A stretch of DNA of 64,000 nucleotides, taken from the sequence record OM867527.1; one strand, written 5' to 3'. The translations under genes were made by a program, and so were the position numbers. Origin of the DNA: a phage. This document shows, one piece after another, positions 20,214 through 30,875 of the stretch (position 1 is its first letter; each line of letters starts with the position of its first letter). Below the pieces are notes generated by a model. It did no database searches. It was not told the origin of the DNA and saw nothing but the letters and a program-made list of their open reading frames with translations.

Positions 20214-21016
20214 TAACGTTTACCGAACAGTGATTTACCACCAGCAGGGGTAGTACCCGTGCCAGCACCTGCACCTGGTTTAGGAGGCAAGCCACCTTTA
20301 CCATTACCACCAGCAGAACCCTTGGTCTTATCACGAGTTTTGCCTTTGTTCTTTTCAAGCCATGCTGCGTAGAATACAGCCAGTTCTGGGGTCAGTTCTT
20401 TCTCAGCCTTCTCTGCTTCCTGAGCCTCGACGACTGTGACCAACAGTTCCGGATGAAACACTTTCTGAATCTCATTTACTTCACGAGTTTCACCGGAGTC
20501 AACGTAACCGTTGTCTCCTTTAACCTGCTTGGATTCCAGAACTTTTTCCAGAGCGAAGGTAACAGTCTGACCTACCAGGTCAACTGGAACCATGACAGAT
20601 TTATTAACTTCTGCTTTAGCGTCGTAGTCGTAGACTTTGACAATCTTCTCTTCGAAGTCTGCTTCAGGCAGTTCAGTACCGGTAGCCATCAGCATCATGT
20701 CGTTAATGACAGTGTAACCAGGCAAGAAGTATTCTTTACCGTTCTTCTCGTAAGTCGGCTTGTTACCCTTAGCATTACCAGAAGTGAAGTACACCTGAGC
20801 ACGGAACTCACCGGCAGGTACGCCATCAGAGTTCTTCAGGTCTTCAATAATTAACTGCATCCAGTCTGCACCAGAGTCAGCTTTACCTACGTAAGCTACT
20901 TTTACAGTACCGGTGTAGATATCGGATTCTTTTACACCGAAGCCGCCACCACCCAGAGAGTCTTTAGCAGCTTCAACGTTTTTGGTTTTTTCTTTCAGAT
21001 TACTGAACAATGACAT
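20213..21016 (-). CDS. Putative single-stranded DNA-binding protein (N4 SSB-like by size and position)
   Basis: 267 aa, immediately downstream of the P-loop ATPase and primase in the replication module; Gly-rich flexible C-terminus. Assignment is by synteny with N4-like phages, not by motif. Confidence 0.4.
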   Translation of the reverse strand: MSLFSNLKEKTKNVEAAKDSLGGGGFGVKESDIYTGTVKVAYVGKADSGADWMQLIIEDLKNSDGVPAGEFRAQVYFTSGNAKGNKPTYEKNGKEYFLPGYTVINDMMLMATGTELPEADFEEKIVKVYDYDAKAEVNKSVMVPVDLVGQTVTFALEKVLESKQVKGDNGYVDSGETREVNEIQKVFHPELLVTVVEAQEAEKAEKELTPELAVFYAAWLEKNKGKTRDKTKGSAGGNGKGGLPPKPGAGAGTGTTPAGGKSLFGKR

Positions 21017-21055
21017 ATGATTTTCCTAATAAGTGATTAACAACCAGGCAAACGC

Positions 21056-21808
21056 TTAAGCGTAGTATTCAGCCAGATGGTCTAAGAGTTTCTGGGCATC
21101 GTTATCAATGTAAGTCTCGGACTTATCGAACATACCCATTGGGGAACGAAGTCGTTTACCAACAGACTTCTTAGTTGGACGGGTCTGGAATACGTGCTTA
21201 TACCCTAAGTCACGTTCTTCTTCCGTAATTTCTAACATCTTGTTTCCATACTTCTCCAGTTCTTTAATGTCTACACGCTCTGCGTAAACTACTGTAGAGA
21301 AGTAGGCTTCAAGCCCGTTATTCTTAAGAGAACCTTTCACTGGGATGAACGTTTTCATCACACCAGCAGCTTCATCAAGTTCGTCTTTAGCATGAGCAGT
21401 AATAATTACTGGCTTACCAAACTTAACGACTTTTTGTTGCAGCAGTATCTTAAAGAACTGTGCAAAATCTCCCCATGCTTTCTGCGTATTTGCAGAAGGC
21501 AGAACATACTGGGATTCCAGCATATCCATCATAAAGGTTGCTGAGTCAATGATGATACCATCAACATCATCTGCCATTTCTCCACCAGGAGATGCAACAT
21601 CAAATGCTTCCCAGATTTGGTATGGGTCTTCGATGTTGTAGGTATTGAATTTGTTACGGAAAGGTAGACGCTTACCTGCTTCAGTATTCAGATAGAGCCA
21701 GCGTTCCTGGTTCCGGATATTACGCAGTGATGCTGATTTACCACTCGCTGAGAATCCTGCAATCAGGATTAGCTGAGTGTTCATATCATTGGGAATTACT
21801 TCGGACAT
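21056..21808 (-). CDS. P-loop ATPase (RecA-like, Sak4/AAA_24-type)
   Basis: Walker A GFSASGKS near the N-terminus and a hydrophobic strand ending in D (GIIIDSATF). Confidence 0.5.
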   Translation of the reverse strand: MSEVIPNDMNTQLILIAGFSASGKSASLRNIRNQERWLYLNTEAGKRLPFRNKFNTYNIEDPYQIWEAFDVASPGGEMADDVDGIIIDSATFMMDMLESQYVLPSANTQKAWGDFAQFFKILLQQKVVKFGKPVIITAHAKDELDEAAGVMKTFIPVKGSLKNNGLEAYFSTVVYAERVDIKELEKYGNKMLEITEEERDLGYKHVFQTRPTKKSVGKRLRSPMGMFDKSETYIDNDAQKLLDHLAEYYA

Positions 21809-21864
21809 TATTTTTCCTCATTTAATTTAGGAGTCCTTCAAACCAAGGAAAGACTCCTGTTTGC

Positions 21865-24018
21865 TTACTTGCCAGCGAAGCGTTTAGCCACGGTGACCAT
21901 TACGGTTGCATTCAATTCATCATCTGGCAATGGATTAGCCAGTTTCTTATTGAATGAGTGGACGGCTTGCTGTACTTGGGCAAAATCCCAACCACTGTCA
22001 ACCAATGCCAGTGCGTACTTAATCATTTGATTATTACGATTACCGGTAGCAATACGACTAGCGAACCAACGCTCCAGATTATCCAACGACTGTACTTTCT
22101 TCATCTGGTTCTGGAACTGCTCGTTCTTACTAGTACGAGGAATAAAGTCACGCACGTCCAACAGATTTGCTTCAAGATTGTAATGATAGGAACCAGTCTC
22201 GCAGGACATCCACTTCTTGGCTCGCTGGTTAGCAGACTCATCCGTTTCGAATGGTAACCAAGACATGACGTTATTCATGAACTCTTTGTATTCCTCAGTA
22301 TCGAGGTGTAACTCATAGTTCATTGGAATAATCAGTCGGAATCGGTTCTCTTCATCAGAATGACGTTTAGTGGTATAGGTCATGAACTTATATTCCTTCA
22401 TCAGTTCATGGCACGTATGCAGTGGTACTCCACCATCACAGTCAATAACAATCATGTTAAATCCTGGAATAACGTTCTCTTCAGAACGATGCCCATTCTT
22501 CATGTGATGGTTTACCCAGTGCATACCGGAAGCTTGGGTTAATACATGCAACTGGTCGAACGGTACACGTTCACCAATGTAGTCATAAGCAAAGCTATCA
22601 CTATATGCCACTATCATCTCATTGATGTCAGTTTCCTTCAGAGTTTCCCCACGGAAGAACTCAATACCTTCGTTGAAGGTTTTCTTAATGATGATGTGCT
22701 GTTTGTAACCCCATGCTGTAGCAAGAGTCATCATCTCATTACGAGCTGCATTGCCACTCTTATAGAATGGCAATGACTCTAGTAAATCAGCATGAGTCAC
22801 TTCTTTACCTACAGAGGCAATGTACTTAGCCAGCTTCACATAGGCTTTCTCACGATTGAGAATACCCTGGAATGCTGCCCCAGATTCCTCTACAAGCAGA
22901 ATTGCTTGTTTAAGATGAGACATTTCAATGAATGAACTCTGGTCAACAAACGCCAGTGCTCCAGCCAGTTTAAGTGCTTTAAAGTAACGGTGGGAGATTT
23001 CGGCCTTACGAATTTCTTCGTGGTCAGCCATAGCTTCTGCTTGTTTCTCACAATCAATTTTGTAAGTAATCAGAGCAATACCCACAGCATCTTCCACAAC
23101 CATCTTAAAGCCGAACAGGTTTGGGTCAGCCAAACTATGGAAGTGATTAGCCCACTTACCTAGAGACTGTACGTTATCCTGCTTAATCAGGTTACGGTAG
23201 ATTTCTTCTGGAGACATTGTTGCATGTGCTCGCTTGTCTAAATGCCCAATGGCAAACAGACAGCGACGTGCATACCCTGTATCCAGAAAGTCATAGAACT
23301 GGTCTTCAGTCTGACCACCATCTAGCAGCTTACTTGGCGTACCAAACAGCAACAGGTTAGCTGGAGTCTTACCATCCAGTTCTTCACCACGAACGCTTTC
23401 AGCAGTGTTCTTGGTTAACTTCTGTTTAACTTTACCCTGGTCATATAGTTCCAGGAACAGGGTTAACACATCCGTGTTAGCTAACAAGTTTGAACCAATT
23501 TCATCAATCTGAAGGTTGATTGAACCACACCCAGCCATTAACAGCTTATGACGTAGTTGTTTAACTGCCGGGGGAGTACCAGAGTCAAATGTAAATGGGT
23601 ATGCCCCAGCACGTTTATACTCTGCTTCAACTTTATCAAACTCATCATTCTGGTCTGTACCTTGTCGAGCAGCACGTTCGTTAGCAATCTTCCATAAACG
23701 GTCATTTGCAATGACAGGCATGGTGTCTTCCATAAAACGTTTACGGAAGCCAGTCATGAACCCGTCTTCAATAATATTTACCGAGTGACCTTTACCGAAG
23801 CCAGACGTTGCTAATGCCATAGCGTAAATGTTGACTGGTAAGTCACCACGGTCTTTAGTGACAATGGTTGCACCCATGCAGGATGCCATTTTAGCCAGGA
23901 AGTAGGCTACTTCGACACGGAAGAATCCTCTGTCGTTGTTTTGTGTCTTGTTACACAACACATCTACAATTTCTTCAATTGCAGGGTGGTGAGTGACTCC
24001 GGTCAGGTCAATACTCAT
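21865..24018 (-). CDS. DNA primase (primase-polymerase-like), about 717 aa
   Basis: Start taken at ATG 24018, which forms an ATGA overlap with the upstream stop (track start is 24075). C-terminal region has a hhhhDxD motif (FNMIVIDCDGG) typical of archaeo-eukaryotic-type primase-polymerases. Confidence 0.5.
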   Translation of the reverse strand: MSIDLTGVTHHPAIEEIVDVLCNKTQNNDRGFFRVEVAYFLAKMASCMGATIVTKDRGDLPVNIYAMALATSGFGKGHSVNIIEDGFMTGFRKRFMEDTMPVIANDRLWKIANERAARQGTDQNDEFDKVEAEYKRAGAYPFTFDSGTPPAVKQLRHKLLMAGCGSINLQIDEIGSNLLANTDVLTLFLELYDQGKVKQKLTKNTAESVRGEELDGKTPANLLLFGTPSKLLDGGQTEDQFYDFLDTGYARRCLFAIGHLDKRAHATMSPEEIYRNLIKQDNVQSLGKWANHFHSLADPNLFGFKMVVEDAVGIALITYKIDCEKQAEAMADHEEIRKAEISHRYFKALKLAGALAFVDQSSFIEMSHLKQAILLVEESGAAFQGILNREKAYVKLAKYIASVGKEVTHADLLESLPFYKSGNAARNEMMTLATAWGYKQHIIIKKTFNEGIEFFRGETLKETDINEMIVAYSDSFAYDYIGERVPFDQLHVLTQASGMHWVNHHMKNGHRSEENVIPGFNMIVIDCDGGVPLHTCHELMKEYKFMTYTTKRHSDEENRFRLIIPMNYELHLDTEEYKEFMNNVMSWLPFETDESANQRAKKWMSCETGSYHYNLEANLLDVRDFIPRTSKNEQFQNQMKKVQSLDNLERWFASRIATGNRNNQMIKYALALVDSGWDFAQVQQAVHSFNKKLANPLPDDELNATVMVTVAKRFAGK

Positions 24019-24995
24019 GATGGAAAATATCTCTCTCTTTGTTTGCAAATGGACGCGACAGGGCAGTATAGACAACGCTTAACCTGCCCCTCCACGACCT
24101 TGATAGCACCCTTGCCACCTTTTTCAGCCATGAAGATACGAGCAGATGCCATATCGTCAAAGTTTTTGGTACTTCTGGCTCCAGGTACATCTACCTTAGA
24201 AGCATCAGAGAAGTACTTGAACTGTGGCTCTGTTCGCCACAACTCCTCGTCAGTACATTCAGGAATTTCCTCTTCGGGTGCATTCCAGTACTTTTCAATG
24301 AGGTGAATCTTCTCTTCTACCCAACGTTCAGTCTTCTCAACAGATAGCAACGGAATATCCTTATGCATAATACGATTAGCAGGATAGTTTGGATTGCTAT
24401 TAGCCATGTGCTTCATGAAGTCAGTAAAGATGTAGTTAATACGAATTACATCCTCGGTAATGATGTCGTTGTGAATCCAACGGTACAAGCTGCCCTGCAT
24501 CTTATGTTCATCATCACGGGAACCAGAAACCCAGGAATAGGTTGAGGTAGACTTAAAGTCCTGCAACAGACCTTCTGTTACAATGTCGAACTTACCACCG
24601 ATAGTCCAACCCTTAACTACCCTGGTTCCACGCTGTTCAATGTAGATTGGGATAAGGTCAGGGTTAGCATCAAAGTCTGCTTTGGTTGGGTTAATGACTA
24701 CTGCATCAATTACTCGCTGAGGATAACCTAGCTTCTTCAATGCAGTCTTATGACCCAGCTTCCAGGCTTTCTCGATAGAGTCATGTAAACCAGTACCCAT
24801 TGATGTGGAGACGAAATCCATAACATCAATTGACTGGTCACTAAGATCTACACGGTGCTTCATGACGATTTGCTTAATGGGCTTAAGCAATGTAGTAACA
24901 GACAGATACTTAGGGTTATCTACATAGTCATACTCGTCATGCAATAGCCATACAGCCAGAGCCAGTGAGACATCATGATTGTTGGTTATCTTCAT
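24015..24995 (-). CDS. PD-(D/E)XK-family nuclease with C-terminal Cys cluster (Cas4/RecB-like)
   Basis: C-terminal cysteines (CLYCPVASIC plus an upstream Cys) consistent with the Fe-S module of Cas4-like exonucleases. Sits next to primase and DNA polymerase. Confidence 0.4.
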   Translation of the reverse strand: MKITNNHDVSLALAVWLLHDEYDYVDNPKYLSVTTLLKPIKQIVMKHRVDLSDQSIDVMDFVSTSMGTGLHDSIEKAWKLGHKTALKKLGYPQRVIDAVVINPTKADFDANPDLIPIYIEQRGTRVVKGWTIGGKFDIVTEGLLQDFKSTSTYSWVSGSRDDEHKMQGSLYRWIHNDIITEDVIRINYIFTDFMKHMANSNPNYPANRIMHKDIPLLSVEKTERWVEEKIHLIEKYWNAPEEEIPECTDEELWRTEPQFKYFSDASKVDVPGARSTKNFDDMASARIFMAEKGGKGAIKVVEGQVKRCLYCPVASICKQRERYFPS

Positions 24996-25257
24996 TATAA
25001 GCCTTTTTCAATATGCGATTGGCATAGTGCACAATCTTCTCTGAGTCGTACACCGAAGAGTTTCCAGGTTTACCATTACCCATACGGGCAGCAGCATTTC
25101 GCCATAGAGCTTTAAAGGCACAACCTTCATCGAAGGTCATGCCCAGTGCTTGGATAATATCCTCACACTCTGCTTGGTATGGCTCTTGCTCTTTCCGTTG
25201 AGGGTGCTTAACTGGCACTACATACCAGTTATTCAATCCACCGGAGAGCTTAGCCAT
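24973..25257 (-). CDS. Hypothetical protein (94 aa)
   Basis: Reverse ORF tightly packed between the DNA polymerase and nuclease genes. Confidence 0.4.
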   Translation of the reverse strand: MAKLSGGLNNWYVVPVKHPQRKEQEPYQAECEDIIQALGMTFDEGCAFKALWRNAAARMGNGKPGNSSVYDSEKIVHYANRILKKAYNEDNQQS

Positions 25258-25562
25258 TATTTCTCCTTTGGAATCATGTTTGCCTGGAACTCTGGTTCAG
25301 ACATCAGACCCAGGTTGCTAAGAGACAGATAAACAATGTCTTTTAGGTCAACAGAAGTGTCGAAACGCTGATCCAGACTAATCTTCAGTGAGTGATTGGC
25401 ACGGGCCAAATCTTTATAGGTCACATAAGGTTCATCAGTGAGCAACATTGTGTTCATGGTAAGCAGGGAACCATCATCCACTTTAGGAAGTTGGAAAACT
25501 ACTTGTGCTGCTACCATCCAATGATATTTTTTGACAACAGTTTCTTTAGTACTTTTGGTCAT
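25257..25562 (-). CDS. Hypothetical protein (101 aa)
   Basis: Reverse ORF with a 4-nt overlap with the DNA polymerase stop. Confidence 0.4.
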   Translation of the reverse strand: MTKSTKETVVKKYHWMVAAQVVFQLPKVDDGSLLTMNTMLLTDEPYVTYKDLARANHSLKISLDQRFDTSVDLKDIVYLSLSNLGLMSEPEFQANMIPKEK

Positions 25563-28138
25563 GCGAATGCCTTTTGAATTATTTGATGAACTTCTTCTGG
25601 GGTAGCGTGATTTGGAATTTCAATCTCGTTAGCCCACGTTGGGTAGAATAAGGATAGTTCCCCACCCAAACCAACCTCTGGATGAGCAATATCAGGATGG
25701 TCTTGCCAGTTAACGGCTTCAACCAGATGCTTGTTCGTGAACTGCAAGGTATCCATGTTGTCACGAATCATGAAGTACTGAGCATCGTGAATGTGAATAC
25801 TAGGACGAATATCTAACCTGAACGCACTGGCTCTGACTTTACGCATAAACTCTGAACCTGCACGGTTATTCAATAGACACCAGCTTTGCCCTAAAGCATT
25901 ACCAGCAGTTCTGCCTTCTGCTTCTGCTTCATACGGAGTCTTACATGTCCCACGCAATACCTGAGCCAGTAAAGGAGTACGCACTCTCAAACCGAATGCG
26001 GCAGTAACATAACCAGTTTTGGCAGCCTCGTCTAGCTTAGCCTGAACCCACCTGTCGCTAACTACATAGAGGTCGTGATAACGTTTCTCTGTAGTTTTAG
26101 CCTTCTCTTCAGAGAAGCCACAGTTTTTCATTAAGCCCATATACGTACCACCATAGGTAAGCAGGAAGGTTGGAGCCTTCGAGTCACTACGTAATGATTT
26201 GTACTTATGCTGAATGGAGTTAATGGATTCTACCGTGTCTACTATGTCTGGCATCTGCTCACCAAAGTAAGCATATGCACGGAGACTGTGACCATCATAG
26301 CCATCGGTATATACCTTAAGCTTCTGTGGGTCTTTAGTAGTTAGTGCAGAGATTCTGTCTTCCAGCGAGGCGAAGTCCAAGCCGCAAAATATCCAGCCTG
26401 GAGGAGCTTCGAAGCATTTCTTAATCTTCTTGGCATATTTAGAGCCGGATGGAATTGTTTGTAGATTTGGCTCTGAAGCCGATAGCCTACCGGAGACTGT
26501 GCCTCCCAGATTGAGATTGCCGAACAGGTAGTGCCAGCCATCCGGTCCCGGTTGGGCATTCCTGAAAGCTGGTATAAAGCTAGTGATAATCTTATCCACG
26601 AGCTTATAGTCGATAAGTGCATTGAGTAGTTCCTTAACATCTTCACTCTGCGTATGCGTACGCAGTGCTTTAATGGTGTCACCGTCAGTAGCAGGTTGCT
26701 TGCTCTTAGTAAGACCAAGAACTGGTAAGCCGATATAATCAAATAGCAGCTTCTGTAATTGTGGACCGGAGTTAGGATTAAACTCGATGTCACAATCAGC
26801 AAGTGTTACTTGTTTCTTTTTCAGCTTAGCATTCTTATCGTCTACCCATTCCTGACGAAGCATCAGGGTGAAGTTCTTCATGAGCTGAGACTCACGAATA
26901 GTTTTCAGAGCCTGGTTCCTGTCAGTTTCCATCTCCTTAGCTACTTGGTTAACGGTATCCATATTCATGGGCATACCGGTTAACTGCATCTGGATGATGT
27001 CTTCACAAGCTGGCTTAAAGATGTTGTTGTAAACATCCAGTTGGTCATCAGCAATGAGGGTATCCCAGTGCTTCTCATAGGTGTACCAGGTACACAAACC
27101 ATCAATGAGGTTGTAGCGTAACAGTTGCTCATTAGGAATAAGACGAATGTCTTTAATGTCATCCTGGGCATAGTTACCAGCATACTCCTGAGCCTGGTCT
27201 TTCAGACTAAGGTGATTACCAGCACAACTGTTAGTAGCTAAGTAGGTGATTAACTTAGTGCAATCCCAATTACGCAGCATGATTTCCATGCCATGCAGTA
27301 AGCCTCCTGTATCAATCAGGTTATCCATGAATAACTGATAGATGAGTACATACACGTCATAGCTAATGTTGTGATACATCTGCCGTTGGGTGTACTTAAT
27401 GAAGAACTCACGTAGAAGATTTCGAACAATATCATTTCTGTTGATACGTCCATAAGGTGCTTCAGTAGCTCCAGGAATTGGCTCGTAGTCAACATTAAAG
27501 GCTATGCCTTGTGTCTTACTCCAACAGAATGTAATTGTTCCTATACCGGCGTTATAGTGTTTTAAACCGAATGCTTCAATGTCTATAGCCAGAGGCTTAT
27601 TCATTTCAAGCAACTGGTCTAGCCAGGCTTTAATCTTCTCTGGAGTATCTGGGTAGGCTTCAAACTCAATGATTCCCTGACCTGGTTCAGCATACTGCCC
27701 ACGTATGTGGTTAAGTAATGCATCCATACCCTGAGCAATCTTAGATTTCACTACAGGAGGATCATAAAAGACCTGCCTGTAGCTAGGTGCATAGATAACC
27801 TTCTGCTTACCCCATATTGATTCACAAACATAGCCGAGGTTAGCCTCTGCTTTAGCTTCTTTAGTCAGTATTTTGAAGTAATCAGAATCGGTACAGATAA
27901 TGTACTGAGTCTCTGCATCATCCAGTACTTGTTGCAATTCCTGCTGTATGAACTCTTTAATCTCCCTTGCAGGAGTCTTCTTCTTGCCGGGGGCAGAATG
28001 AAGTTCAATGAAGATGAAATCTTCCATGCTTAGGTCATTAGGCAGCAGGTAGGTTTTAATCATCTCCTCCCTTCGGATTTGATGACCGAGGATAGCAATA
28101 GGATACTTACCCGTATCTTGAGAGGTGATGTAACGCAT
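25559..28138 (-). CDS. DNA polymerase, family A (Pol I-like) with 3'-5' exonuclease domain
   Basis: Exo I motif (LAIDIEAFGL), motif A (GLDFASLEDR), motif B (KAPTFLLTYGGTYMG), motif C (HIHDAQY). Confidence 0.85.
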   Translation of the reverse strand: MRYITSQDTGKYPIAILGHQIRREEMIKTYLLPNDLSMEDFIFIELHSAPGKKKTPAREIKEFIQQELQQVLDDAETQYIICTDSDYFKILTKEAKAEANLGYVCESIWGKQKVIYAPSYRQVFYDPPVVKSKIAQGMDALLNHIRGQYAEPGQGIIEFEAYPDTPEKIKAWLDQLLEMNKPLAIDIEAFGLKHYNAGIGTITFCWSKTQGIAFNVDYEPIPGATEAPYGRINRNDIVRNLLREFFIKYTQRQMYHNISYDVYVLIYQLFMDNLIDTGGLLHGMEIMLRNWDCTKLITYLATNSCAGNHLSLKDQAQEYAGNYAQDDIKDIRLIPNEQLLRYNLIDGLCTWYTYEKHWDTLIADDQLDVYNNIFKPACEDIIQMQLTGMPMNMDTVNQVAKEMETDRNQALKTIRESQLMKNFTLMLRQEWVDDKNAKLKKKQVTLADCDIEFNPNSGPQLQKLLFDYIGLPVLGLTKSKQPATDGDTIKALRTHTQSEDVKELLNALIDYKLVDKIITSFIPAFRNAQPGPDGWHYLFGNLNLGGTVSGRLSASEPNLQTIPSGSKYAKKIKKCFEAPPGWIFCGLDFASLEDRISALTTKDPQKLKVYTDGYDGHSLRAYAYFGEQMPDIVDTVESINSIQHKYKSLRSDSKAPTFLLTYGGTYMGLMKNCGFSEEKAKTTEKRYHDLYVVSDRWVQAKLDEAAKTGYVTAAFGLRVRTPLLAQVLRGTCKTPYEAEAEGRTAGNALGQSWCLLNNRAGSEFMRKVRASAFRLDIRPSIHIHDAQYFMIRDNMDTLQFTNKHLVEAVNWQDHPDIAHPEVGLGGELSLFYPTWANEIEIPNHATPEEVHQIIQKAFA

Positions 28139-28147
28139 AGCTTTACC

Positions 28148-28678
28148 TTAGAAAATTAGATGGGAAGCTGCATAGTACTCAATAGAGGGAAGAATCTTCT
28201 CATACTGCTTAATTGCCATAGCATCACCAGCAAGAGTCCAGGCTGCTTCACGAGTACGTGGCAGTTCCTTGTACTTACCAGTCTGATCCTGGGCTACCAG
28301 GCATTCAGGTAAAGCATCCCGTACATCCTGATAGGACATACAACCGCGAACCAGACGATATACAGTCTGGTTCACAAGGTGTACTTCCATAATCAGACGA
28401 CTGGAGGCTTTCAGATACTTGTCCATTGCAGGCCATAGTTCTGGATTAAGGGTTAATCGTTCACCGTAGGTTGGCGGTCTGGCAGCGTTAGAACGCTGAT
28501 AGAACTCCCCTTGATAAAGGAATCCAGCCGATACATCAATGCCATTAATACGGTCGTTCTTATCAATGATACCGTTTAACACACTATCAAGACGAACCAG
28601 TTCCGCTAAGAACAGGTGTTTGACTATCTCACTGCTATTGGCAACTTGCCCAATAGTCGTTGAACCAATCTGAGGCAT
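28148..28678 (-). CDS. Hypothetical protein (176 aa)
   Basis: Reverse ORF between the helicase and DNA polymerase. Confidence 0.45.
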   Translation of the reverse strand: MPQIGSTTIGQVANSSEIVKHLFLAELVRLDSVLNGIIDKNDRINGIDVSAGFLYQGEFYQRSNAARPPTYGERLTLNPELWPAMDKYLKASSRLIMEVHLVNQTVYRLVRGCMSYQDVRDALPECLVAQDQTGKYKELPRTREAAWTLAGDAMAIKQYEKILPSIEYYAASHLIF

Positions 28679-28688
28679 ATATCCTCCC

Positions 28689-29999
28689 TTAGAAAGTTAG
28701 ACCACCATACTTACTGGCAAGATTGCCATAGAACACTACACGCTTACGGGCACGGGACACAGCGACGTAAAGCAGACGAGCAACCATATCAGGTTGGCGA
28801 CAGCTTGAGAGGTCATCTGCATCAATGAAGATTGTGTCGTAAGTAGAGCCTTGTGATTTATGGACAGTACATGCATGAGTAGCACGTAGGTCTGGAATGG
28901 TTTCTTTAAGACGGAAGTAAGGTTCCCAGTTCTTCTCCTTACCCAGCCACTTAACCAAGCGGTTGAAGTATTCCGGGTCAGTAGGTACTGGAACTTCACT
29001 TACAATACCACCATAACCAAGGTCCAGAGTACTATCACGAACTTCCAGTTCCAGGTCACCTGTAACTGGAATCATGCGAGTACTACTATCCTGGTCAATG
29101 AGTTTTACGTCCTGCTCGATAGACAGACGATTATCCACACCCAAGCGAACAGCAGAGTTAGATACTAGTTGTTCACCGATGGAGTATTCACCTACGTAGC
29201 CATTAGCTTCACGAATGTAGTTATTGTAATTAATAACCTGGTCGTTTGTGTAAGCAACAATACGGCTGTTGGTAGGTTGTGTGAAGTGACTGAGAACCAG
29301 TTTCTCCATCTCTTCTCCCTGTACCCAGTCAATAATGCCTGGAATACACTTAATTGGCAGGAAGCCTGTTTTACCTTCTACCGTATCACGCAATTGCTGG
29401 TGCAATGCTTTGAGTTCCGGTGCATCGGTACGCATCTGTTCAGTCAGATAGTGTGTTGGGATATTACCTGCATATACCGGAGATTTATTCTCTTTAACAG
29501 GCAGAAGTTGAGAAGCATCGCCTACGAATACCAGCTTACACTGGTGAGTACCTTCACGAGCATATTTAAGTAACTGACGATCAATCATAGATGCTTCGTC
29601 TACGAAGATGATTTTGTTCTTCTTAATATTGAATGATTTAGATGGTACGACATTAGCCTCACCAGTCTTAAAGTCATTCTTAACAATCAGTCCCTGGAAG
29701 GAATGATAGGTAGACGTTGGTCGCCCAGTAGCCTGAGCCAGAACTTCAGCAGCTTTGTTCGTGGTCGCAGTCATAACGACTTCGTTATACAGGGGCTTGG
29801 TTCCCATAAGGGAGCAAGTTTCCATATATGCAGGCATAGTGTCATCAATGAGGTGCGACATCAGGAATGTCTTGCCAGTTCCCCCTGGGCCACTAATATT
29901 GAATTCGGTAGCATTAGGGTTGAGCAGGAAGTCGAAGAACTCCTTCGCAACCGCTTCTTGCCCCTTGTTCAACGGGGCTTTGGTAGGTTTGGAAAACAT
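28689..29999 (-). CDS. SF1 DNA helicase (Dda/RecD-like)
   Basis: Walker A GPGGTGKT, Walker B IIFVDEASMI, and motifs TVHKSQGSTYDTIFID and YVAVSRAR. Confidence 0.8.
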   Translation of the reverse strand: MFSKPTKAPLNKGQEAVAKEFFDFLLNPNATEFNISGPGGTGKTFLMSHLIDDTMPAYMETCSLMGTKPLYNEVVMTATTNKAAEVLAQATGRPTSTYHSFQGLIVKNDFKTGEANVVPSKSFNIKKNKIIFVDEASMIDRQLLKYAREGTHQCKLVFVGDASQLLPVKENKSPVYAGNIPTHYLTEQMRTDAPELKALHQQLRDTVEGKTGFLPIKCIPGIIDWVQGEEMEKLVLSHFTQPTNSRIVAYTNDQVINYNNYIREANGYVGEYSIGEQLVSNSAVRLGVDNRLSIEQDVKLIDQDSSTRMIPVTGDLELEVRDSTLDLGYGGIVSEVPVPTDPEYFNRLVKWLGKEKNWEPYFRLKETIPDLRATHACTVHKSQGSTYDTIFIDADDLSSCRQPDMVARLLYVAVSRARKRVVFYGNLASKYGGLTF

Positions 30000-30032
30000 T
30001 AAAATCTCCAGTAAAAAACCCTCCGTAGAGGG

Positions 30033-30500
30033 TTAGATGTAAGGGGTTAAATCCGGGGGAGTGTAGTCTTTCCCTTTCATAACTTTCTTATTCTCATTGA
30101 AGACAGGTTCCCCATCTTCAAACTTAGAATAGTTTGAGCGATTAACTTCAGCCAATGCTCCAGGGACATTCATCCCAAGGAAAGTACCGACGCCAGTTGC
30201 TGTAACAATCTGGTCTGCCAGTGAGTCCAGCAGTTCTTTGCGGTCTTCCTCTTTAATGAAGAAGCTATCTTCCTCTTGCTTAAGCAAGTTGGATATAAAG
30301 CGTAAATGTTTACGTGCATCATCTAGCTTATTTTTATACCCAGGATATTTAGTTTGTAGTACATCCAGCATCTCTACAACTTCTTCCAGATGGCAACCCA
30401 TCTGGGTACTAATGTTCTTACTTGTCGGATTTGGTACTGCTTTCCGGAACCAGGCTTCCGTATTTGCCAGCGTACAAACGGATGAACTTGTCATGCTCAC
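30033..30500 (-). CDS. MazG-like nucleotide pyrophosphohydrolase (putative)
   Basis: All-helical protein with an EExxE motif (HLEEVVEMLD) and downstream acidic residues. True start is probably internal, since the track ORF overlaps the upstream gene. Confidence 0.4.
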   Translation of the reverse strand: MSMTSSSVCTLANTEAWFRKAVPNPTSKNISTQMGCHLEEVVEMLDVLQTKYPGYKNKLDDARKHLRFISNLLKQEEDSFFIKEEDRKELLDSLADQIVTATGVGTFLGMNVPGALAEVNRSNYSKFEDGEPVFNENKKVMKGKDYTPPDLTPYI

Positions 30501-30813
30501 TCTCTTGGTTAAGGTGGCGATTGTTATATGCCTCCAGAATCAAGTCTCTTACATATGAGCGAATCTCATAAGCAGGACCAACTTGTTCTGACAGCCAATC
30601 AGCCACATGGGTTGGTAAAGGTCGTAATACGTTTTCCATGAACGTCCGACGTGTATCGGCTGGTTCAATGTTTAGAGAACGCAATCGCAAAGTAACCGTA
30701 GTGGGGTGAACCCCCAACGTCTTAGCGATAGTTGCGAGGGACAGACCAACAGCATTCATACGAATGATGTCTTCATCGGTTGCTTTGCGATTACTTCTGA
30801 ATACTTTACTCAT
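30418..30813 (-). CDS. Small helix-turn-helix DNA-binding protein (putative)
   Basis: ATG 30813 has a GGAGGA RBS. Contains an HTH-like segment (AVGLSLATIAKTLGVHPTTVTLRLR). Confidence 0.4.
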   Translation of the reverse strand: MSKVFRSNRKATDEDIIRMNAVGLSLATIAKTLGVHPTTVTLRLRSLNIEPADTRRTFMENVLRPLPTHVADWLSEQVGPAYEIRSYVRDLILEAYNNRHLNQESEHDKFIRLYAGKYGSLVPESSTKSDK

Positions 30814-30875
30814 AGTACATTTCCTCCTCAAAATTACCCTCACTTTATTACAAGTGAGGGCTTTTGAACAGGCTA